Positions 48,352-54,986 of a stretch of 54,986 nt of DNA are shown piece after piece. The translations under genes and the position numbers were made by a program. Below the pieces are notes generated by a model. The model ran no database searches and was not told where the DNA came from. It saw nothing but the letters and a program-made list of their open reading frames with translations. The DNA is from an uncultured archaeon. GTDB taxonomy: Archaea; Asgardarchaeota; Heimdallarchaeia; Heimdallarchaeales; Kariarchaeaceae. The DNA is taken from positions 1 through 54,986 of the forward strand of contig CAZYCQ010000014.1 in NCBI GenBank assembly GCA_964645535.1, read 5' to 3'. Each line of letters opens with the position of its first letter. The first letter of the stretch is position 1.

Positions 48352-49665
48352 CTAAATGTTGGCTTGCAGGAGGTGATCATGGATAGATCTCCCCAATTCG
48401 AGGGATCGTTCAGGGCTGATGAAAATAAGAAAACTACGTTTGTCCGGAAGCGGTATCGACCACAAGTCATGAAACCATTCCAGATCATGGAATTCCGAAG
48501 GGGAACTGCCATATGCAAAGATTGCAGCCGCATCTCGGTACACCAAATCCAAGTACGGAAACATTTTGGCAACATTGTTGAAATGGGTTTGGTGGCTTCT
48601 TTCAAATGCAACAATAACCTTTCCGCCAATGAGGAGCAGACCATATGTTGGAAGGCCATCATTGGTGAATTCCTTCAGTAGTTGTTTTCGAAATTCAGAT
48701 GCAGTCTTGGCGGAAGAAAAGAAAATTGTTGCGAGCACCAAGTCTTTTTTGATGGATATGACGGGGAGAATTGACTGTTCATCCGAAGAAGAGCTGATAA
48801 GGGTGTAATTTGTTGGATCGTAAAGGTTGCGCACATAGAGAGGAATTTTTTTGGTTCTCAATGGGGTTAAAGCCTTGGGATGTATCAATTTTGCACCGAA
48901 ATGGGTCAAGAGTTCTGTGGAATCATAATCAAGAAAGGACAGGGGTTTGGCGTTCGGAATAAGTTTAGGGTCTGCGGTCATGAAGGCTGGAACTTCTTTC
49001 CAGATTGTCAAGCTTTTGGCCTCCACAAGATTGGCGATTGATGCAGCGGAATAGTCGGTTCCAGAACGGCCGAGAAGTGTGACATTGCCGTCTTTATCAC
49101 CACCGTAGTATCCAGGGATGATGATTGGTTTCTTCTTTTCAAGGAGCGGTAACAGGTTTTGTATCACCAATTCCTTGGATTCCTCGTGTTGAACGGAAGC
49201 CTCATAATATACCCCATTGGTTCTCAAAACATTCACGGGATCCAATAGGAATGGAGATAGATTCTTTAAGGCAAGCATAAGGATATACGATGAGAGTCTT
49301 TCTCCGAAGGAAAGAACATAGTCACGCATTCGGGAACTGGTTTCTCCAGTTAGCACCATTCCCTTGATGAGTTTTTCGAGGTCAATGAATAGTTGGTCGA
49401 TTTGCCCCAAGGAATTTTGAGAGGCAGAACCCCCTAGAATTTGCAAGTGAAATGTTTTGAGATCGGCAATTTCATTAGAAATCTGACTGGCGGATGTAGA
49501 TTTCAACAAAGAATGCAAGGAATCAGTCACACCATAAAATGCAGAAGGAACAATAATCATGGGAGGTTCAATGTTTTGGAGGATTTTCAAAACCAACTGA
49601 AATGAGGACGTAGTTCTGAAACATGCGCCGCCAAATTTGTGCACTTCGACGTTATGGGATGACAT
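48352..49665 (-). CDS. Aspartate kinase family protein (divergent regulatory region)
   Basis: KFGG, SA-x2-GVTD, SFGERLS, TLLGRSGTDYSA, MTADP, FGAKLIHP. Confidence 0.85.
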   Translation of the reverse strand: MSSHNVEVHKFGGACFRTTSSFQLVLKILQNIEPPMIIVPSAFYGVTDSLHSLLKSTSASQISNEIADLKTFHLQILGGSASQNSLGQIDQLFIDLEKLIKGMVLTGETSSRMRDYVLSFGERLSSYILMLALKNLSPFLLDPVNVLRTNGVYYEASVQHEESKELVIQNLLPLLEKKKPIIIPGYYGGDKDGNVTLLGRSGTDYSAASIANLVEAKSLTIWKEVPAFMTADPKLIPNAKPLSFLDYDSTELLTHFGAKLIHPKALTPLRTKKIPLYVRNLYDPTNYTLISSSSDEQSILPVISIKKDLVLATIFFSSAKTASEFRKQLLKEFTNDGLPTYGLLLIGGKVIVAFERSHQTHFNNVAKMFPYLDLVYRDAAAIFAYGSSPSEFHDLEWFHDLWSIPLPDKRSFLIFISPERSLELGRSIHDHLLQANI

Positions 49666-49667
49666 TG

Positions 49668-52460
49668 CTAACCCTCATGGTATTTGGGCAGTATAACTTT
49701 GAAGGTTGATCCATTTTTTCCACTTTCCAAATCAATTCTGCCGTTATGCACCTGAACAATTTTGGAGCAGATTGCCAAACCCATACCAATTCCTTGAAAT
49801 TCATGCCTATTATGTAGACGTGTAAATGCCTTGAAAATTTTATTGAAATTTTTCTCATGGATACCGATCCCATTATCCGAAAAATTGATCTGAATTTCCG
49901 TTGCAAGATCCAAAAGAGTTATTTCAACAGTGGGTTGCTCGGATACATTGAATTTTAGACCATTTGAGATGAGGTTTTGGAAAAGCGTCACAAGCAATGA
50001 AAAATTCCCGTAAATTTGTGTGTCTTCAGGAACTGAAATGATGATATTTGAATTTGTTTCAACGATTTGGTGGTGAATGTTTTTAATGGCTGCCTGGATG
50101 ACTATGTATAAGGGATGATGGGAAAATTCCAATAAATCCCTTCCAATCATGGAATAATTCCTGAGATCTGAAATTAGATTCCGCAATCGTTTTGATGCGG
50201 AAATTGCGGTTTCAATGTGGGAAAGGACATCAGGATAATCGTTTTGGGGGAGTTTTAGTCGGGCAAGATCAAGATAGCTTGAAATGGTACGTAAAGGTTC
50301 CTGAAGGTCGTGTGAAGCGGCATAGACAAATTGTTCCAAATCTTGGTTCAATTGGGTGAGTTTTTCGGTTTGGTCCATCAATCTTCTTTCAGCTTCTTTT
50401 CTTCTTTTGAGTTCTTCCTTCAGATTTTCCATGATCATTAATTTGTTGAAAGAAAGCTGCATGATATTCGCCAAGTTCTGAAATTTTCTTTCCACAAGGG
50501 GCTGAGCCATGGAAGGATCATGCAAGAAGACTGCAACCATCCAATTCATAGATCCTTGCAGATATAGAGGTGAAACCAGAACAAGGGAAACTGGCATGGA
50601 AATCCTTTCTGCAACCGCGGTACCAAAAATGGATGCCAGATCGAATGAGGAAGGCTCAAGTGAAAAAATTTGTTGGGAAGAAGAACCCATATATGCAAGA
50701 ATAGGAAGAATATACCTACGATGCTCATCCAAATGGTGTTCAACCAATCCATGAGCGTTGTGTTCCACCATTGCCTCTAGAGAAAAAGAATCATCATTAC
50801 CATGAAATATCGCGGTGGTTGCGTCAAAACTCTCTGAGAGAAAGCGAAGGGAGGAACTGAAAAAGCCTTGCAGATCGGAGCGTTTGCCCAAGACCTCAGA
50901 AAACAAACTTAGGTTCCGATATTCATTTATTACCTCAATTTCAGTAGTCAGATTGTATAGAAAAAGCACCAATCGATAATTTGACGTATCCAATCCATAA
51001 AATGAATTGGCCATTACACGAAATTGCTGATGTTGAATTTCGGATATGAAGGAGAAGGAAAAGGGGTTATCCCCCCAATCACCAACTGTTGAGGAAATTG
51101 CAGTCTTTAGTTGGGAAGAAAAGGAAGGAAACCGGTCAAAGATGAATTTAGTTAAGTTGGAGATGTCCTCTTTCGAATGGGAAATTGTGAAGAGATCCAT
51201 GGCCATTCTATTCATTGATTTGATTTCAAATACAGGATTTTTCTTTCCCATGACCTCCATGGTGATCATGGGGATAGGAGCCTTTTCAAAAATAGAGAAG
51301 ACAAGATCCTGTTCCGTTTCCAAAAATTCTTCGACAATCTTTTCGGCAGTAATATCTTCAATCAGTGCAATAGATGCAGGTTCTCCCATTATGGGTTCAG
51401 GTATTTTTTTGACCCGTAAACGAACCCATATCTCCTCTCCTGTTTTACGGACGTACTTTTTTTCGAATATCATTTCAGAGGTCTTACCGGTCATCAATTT
51501 TTTCAGAGAATGAGTGTTTTGTTCAATAAAGTCAGGATGTGTAAAATCCGTAAAAGGTCTGCCGATAATTTCTGATTTGGAATAGCCAATAAGCACTTCA
51601 AATGCATGATTTACAAAAATTAGTATCCCTTGAGAATTGGCGATTGTGATTGCCAGAGGACTGTTTTCAAAGATTTGACCATAAATTTTTGACGTAGCAA
51701 GAACTTGTTGGAATTTTTCTTGTTCAGGGGTAATATCGATGAGGACGGAGGGAGCGGAGTGCGGTTCAAATTCATTAGTTAACCAATTGACTTTGACAAT
51801 TTTGATGGTTCCTTTAATGGTTCGTATCCTAGTGATGACACTGAATTTTGAGAAATCCTTCTCCTTTACCATTTGAATTAACTTGATTGTACTTATGTTC
51901 TCGTAGGTATGAACCACCCTATTCAAGTATCTTACAACTTCATGTTCGGTTTCCCCTTCGTACAGGGCTACAGCAAGAGGATTGGCAGAAAGCAATTTAA
52001 GTTGCGATCCGGCCTCAAGCACAATGTCTGGTCTTTGTGCGAGATATTGAACTAGATCAGTCCCGGGAGGAATAGTCAAGTTCTCAACATATGCAATGAA
52101 ATCTCTTAAGTCAAAAACCATTAACGGAATTGGAATTTGACTGATGATACGGGTTGTGGGAAAATGAAGGGAGAAGAATTGCGTGATTAACTCATCAAAG
52201 CAATTTTCGAGATCTGCCAAGTCTATGACCTTAATGAGTGCGGGGGATCTTAGGATCTCTTCTGTTACATTTTGGGGGAGAGGAGAAATTGCCATGCCGT
52301 AATGAACCTTCTGCTTTGCAAAGAGATTTTTGATTTTAATCCATTTATCGGATGAAAAAAGGATTATGTCTTCGGGAAAGAAATTTGTCACAGATGAGAG
52401 AGAGATGATGGGGAATGTGCTTTTCGGAGGTTCACAACCTGCAAGCAAAATCCGAACCAT
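49668..52460 (-). CDS. Multi-PAS sensor histidine kinase (Cph1/BphP-type kinase core)
   Basis: PAS (IFENSP...FVNHAF..LIGYSKSEIIGRPF..FTHPD), H-box SHDLQEPLR, N-box QNLISNGLKF, DNGIGI, GIGMGLAIC; possible degenerate REC domain at the N-terminus. Confidence 0.93.
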   Translation of the reverse strand: MVRILLAGCEPPKSTFPIISLSSVTNFFPEDIILFSSDKWIKIKNLFAKQKVHYGMAISPLPQNVTEEILRSPALIKVIDLADLENCFDELITQFFSLHFPTTRIISQIPIPLMVFDLRDFIAYVENLTIPPGTDLVQYLAQRPDIVLEAGSQLKLLSANPLAVALYEGETEHEVVRYLNRVVHTYENISTIKLIQMVKEKDFSKFSVITRIRTIKGTIKIVKVNWLTNEFEPHSAPSVLIDITPEQEKFQQVLATSKIYGQIFENSPLAITIANSQGILIFVNHAFEVLIGYSKSEIIGRPFTDFTHPDFIEQNTHSLKKLMTGKTSEMIFEKKYVRKTGEEIWVRLRVKKIPEPIMGEPASIALIEDITAEKIVEEFLETEQDLVFSIFEKAPIPMITMEVMGKKNPVFEIKSMNRMAMDLFTISHSKEDISNLTKFIFDRFPSFSSQLKTAISSTVGDWGDNPFSFSFISEIQHQQFRVMANSFYGLDTSNYRLVLFLYNLTTEIEVINEYRNLSLFSEVLGKRSDLQGFFSSSLRFLSESFDATTAIFHGNDDSFSLEAMVEHNAHGLVEHHLDEHRRYILPILAYMGSSSQQIFSLEPSSFDLASIFGTAVAERISMPVSLVLVSPLYLQGSMNWMVAVFLHDPSMAQPLVERKFQNLANIMQLSFNKLMIMENLKEELKRRKEAERRLMDQTEKLTQLNQDLEQFVYAASHDLQEPLRTISSYLDLARLKLPQNDYPDVLSHIETAISASKRLRNLISDLRNYSMIGRDLLEFSHHPLYIVIQAAIKNIHHQIVETNSNIIISVPEDTQIYGNFSLLVTLFQNLISNGLKFNVSEQPTVEITLLDLATEIQINFSDNGIGIHEKNFNKIFKAFTRLHNRHEFQGIGMGLAICSKIVQVHNGRIDLESGKNGSTFKVILPKYHEG

Positions 52461-52755
52461 TAAAGGAGCATTTGGAAATAACCATATAACATTAATCACA
52501 TGTGAATAGATAAGAGAAAATCAATAAAGGTAAAAAACAAAGATGTAAAATATCCAAACCGATTTTCGGATTTTAACTGCAATTGATTTTGTACGATATA
52601 TGTGGTATTCCGTGTAAAAGACAAGTGTTAGAAGGAATAGTATCGCAAAAACATTGCAACGAAATGATGGGATGCCTGTTCATTGTTTTTGTAACAGAAA
52701 CCATGCATTTTTTCCATAAAACAATCTATTAAATCTCTATTCGATTTATTGAAGT

Positions 52756-53292
52756 ATGGAATCTATCGTTTTGGGAGGCGGCTGTTTTTGGTGCATCGAG
52801 GCAGTTTTCAATCAAGTGAAGGGAGTGAAATCCGCCATATCGGGTTATGCAGGAGGCCATGTGGAAAACCCAACATATGAACAAGTATGTAATGGTACTA
52901 CAGGTCATGCAGAAGTAGTCAAAGTTGAGTTTGATCCGAATATCATCAGCTTAAGAGAAATCCTTGAAATCTTTTTCACCATCCATGATCCAACTACATT
53001 AAATCGTCAAGGAAATGATGTGGGGCCCCAATACCGATCTGCGGTATTTTGGGAGACTCACGAACAGAAGGAGGTCACGGAGCAGGTCATTCAGGAATTT
53101 GAAGAGAAGGGCATTTGGAAGAATAAGATCGTGACTGAAGTCAGCCAATTGAAAGCCTTTTATCCTGCCGAGGAATATCACCAACGTTATTTCGAGAGAA
53201 ACAGGGACACTAATGGCTATTGTAGGTTTGTGATAGAACCCAAGGTTGCCAAATTCCGAAAAATGTTTCTTGAGAAGCTCAAAAAAAGTTGA
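52756..53292 (+). CDS. msrA: Peptide-methionine (S)-S-oxide reductase
   Basis: GGGCFWC, GHAEVV, HDPTTLNRQGND-x-G-x-QYRS, AEEYHQ. Confidence 0.97.
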   Translation: MESIVLGGGCFWCIEAVFNQVKGVKSAISGYAGGHVENPTYEQVCNGTTGHAEVVKVEFDPNIISLREILEIFFTIHDPTTLNRQGNDVGPQYRSAVFWETHEQKEVTEQVIQEFEEKGIWKNKIVTEVSQLKAFYPAEEYHQRYFERNRDTNGYCRFVIEPKVAKFRKMFLEKLKKS

Positions 53293-53362
53293 GATCATCC
53301 GTCATATCTGATCTCCAAGAATTTAATGACAACCCTTTTCAAAAGATTTTATTGCAGAATGA

Positions 53363-54823
53363 TTGGATTTAATGACCTTTTGGCTCTACACCCAAGCAAA
53401 AGAAAATCCACAAAAGACATATCTCTTTGAAGGGGATAGAGAAATTTCATTCCTTGAAATGGAATACATAGTCAGACAAGTGGTTGCTCAAATGAAGAAA
53501 GTCGGCATAAGGCAGGGAGACCATGTTGCCATTCGTGCATATAATAATTCAGCCTATATCGCGTTATTGCACGCCATTCCGCGTATCGGAGGGATGGCAG
53601 TCCCCCTTAATGTCAGACTTTCGGAAAAACAAGTGATGGGACAATTGGAGCAATCAGAAGCGACAGTACTAATCGAGGAGAGTACGTTTCATCTGAATAC
53701 AGATCTCCCTCGATTCGCTCTTGAAAGCCTGATGGAACCCTATACTGAGAATATGACGATCAAAAGCTATGAGGAGGAATATGTACCATGGGATTTGAAA
53801 AGGGACTTTGCAATTTTTTTTACATCTGGAACAACAGGAAAGCCAAAAGGAGCTGTTTTAACCCTATCCAATATTTTTCATAATGCAATTGGATCGAAAG
53901 AGAGACTTGGGATTAAGCCAGATGATTTGTGGATAATTACCTTGCCGATATACCATGTAGGCGGCATGAGCATTATTTTTAGGGGAGCCATTTATGGGAT
54001 CGGCAGTATCCTGATCAAAAAGTTCGATATTGAAGGGATATGCAAGGCGATACAATCAGGTGGATCCATTCTTTCCCTTGTTCCAACCATGCTCCACCGG
54101 TTCCTTAAGGAAGGGCAGGGGAAATGCCTAGCTAAGCTGAGATGTCTGCTTCTTGGCGGAGCAAAAGCCAACAAATCCCTTGTCAAAAGGGCATTAAATG
54201 AAGGGATACCCATATACACGACATATGGTCTTACTGAAGCTGCATCACAAGTAACCACAGCAACTCCGGAAGAAGTCAGACAATTTCCGGATACAGTGGG
54301 GTATCCTATTGATGGAGTCGAAGTAAGGATTGCAGCCAAACCATCAGAAATAGGGGAGATTTCAGTTCGAGGTTCCACAATCATGAAGGGCTATTATAAA
54401 GACAGTCAGAAAACCTCGGAATGCTTCAGGGATGGATGGTTTTTTACAGGAGATTTAGGGAGGATCGAGAATGGAAGGCTTTTCACTTTTGGAAGAAGAA
54501 AGGATTTGATTGTTTGTGGAGGGGAAAACATCTATCCCGCAGAGATAGAAGCATGTCTTCAGGAAATGGAAGGATTAAAGGAAGTCTGTGCAGTCGGAGT
54601 TGAGGACGAGGAGTGGGGTGAGGTTGTAGGATTGGCAGTGGTGCCAAACACATCGGAAGATTTGAAGCACCTTCAAGAACAAATCATCGAAATAGTTTCA
54701 AATGAACTGGGAAGATTCAAGAGACCGAGAAAATTCATTTTCTTGGAAAAACTACCAAAGACTGCAACGGGAAAGGTGAAACGAGAGGAAATTCTGGATC
54801 TTTTCTATAAAAAAAGGAGATGA
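53363..54823 (+). CDS. menE: o-succinylbenzoate--CoA ligase
   Basis: FTSGTTGKPKG, NAIGS...LG...DDLW...LPIYHVGG, LLGG, YGLTEAASQV, TGDLG, GGENIYP. Confidence 0.78.
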   Translation: MDLMTFWLYTQAKENPQKTYLFEGDREISFLEMEYIVRQVVAQMKKVGIRQGDHVAIRAYNNSAYIALLHAIPRIGGMAVPLNVRLSEKQVMGQLEQSEATVLIEESTFHLNTDLPRFALESLMEPYTENMTIKSYEEEYVPWDLKRDFAIFFTSGTTGKPKGAVLTLSNIFHNAIGSKERLGIKPDDLWIITLPIYHVGGMSIIFRGAIYGIGSILIKKFDIEGICKAIQSGGSILSLVPTMLHRFLKEGQGKCLAKLRCLLLGGAKANKSLVKRALNEGIPIYTTYGLTEAASQVTTATPEEVRQFPDTVGYPIDGVEVRIAAKPSEIGEISVRGSTIMKGYYKDSQKTSECFRDGWFFTGDLGRIENGRLFTFGRRKDLIVCGGENIYPAEIEACLQEMEGLKEVCAVGVEDEEWGEVVGLAVVPNTSEDLKHLQEQIIEIVSNELGRFKRPRKFIFLEKLPKTATGKVKREEILDLFYKKRR

Positions 54824-54986
54824 TCAAAGGATCAGTCATTTGGATCAGAATTGTCGATTTCTTAAAGTGGACAGAATTTACATCTTTCCATGAGGTCACC
54901 CCAATCAATTTAACTAATGGCTTTCGGGAATGAACATGGCTTGGGATGCCAGTTTCAAGAATTTTCTCAAAACCTTTCTCAATACG

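Noticed and set aside
49668-52460. Phytochrome
   Set aside because: The kinase core and partner regulator are Cph1/Rcp1-like, but no DIP/PRxSF photosensory motifs are seen.
54824-54986. Possible 3' end of a minus-strand gene entering from the right edge
   Set aside because: An open frame exists, but it is short, runs into menE and has no identifiable motif.
1-54986. CRISPR arrays, tRNA/rRNA, IS elements, prophage and defence systems
   Set aside because: No repeat-spacer periodicity, cloverleaf, transposase, integrase or recognisable defence domain was seen by eye. The many short antisense ORFs in the track are shadows of real genes.

Overview
A gene-dense, AT-rich window with about 50 CDS. 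I found no rRNA, tRNA, CRISPR array, transposase or integrase. The host is probably an archaeon, most likely Asgard (Heimdallarchaeia-like). This is an inference, since no phylogenetic marker gene is present. It rests on TATA-like boxes about 28-31 nt upstream of many start codons, a DGGGP-synthase-like UbiA, a Tk-subtilisin-like protease, and TPR/7TM proteins ending in longin-like domains. Main content: (1) a split Cwh43/PGAP2IP-like membrane + EEP pair at the left edge; (2) a class I benzoyl-CoA reductase cluster (had, bcrC, bcrB, bcrA, bcrD, oah) followed by a fused CoA-transferase-fold protein lacking the canonical catalytic Glu, and an SDR; (3) a divergent cyanophycinase/cyanophycin synthetase pair (cphB/cphA) followed by a small, very acidic helical ORF that could be a granule-associated protein; (4) two paralogous 7TM + longin-like proteins, a helical-repeat + longin protein and a TPR protein; (5) a TetR / Gap-family / rifamycin-phosphotransferase-like module with a visible operator; (6) a histidine kinase - aspartokinase - response regulator gene string; (7) assorted hydrolases, GNATs, thioredoxins, an MCP, ogt, msrA and menE. 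The strongest candidates for new biology are the putatively archaeal cyanophycin system, the Glu-less CoA-transferase fold in the bcr operon, and the Cwh43-like pair. All family assignments come from motif recognition and recalled reference sequences, not from database searches.
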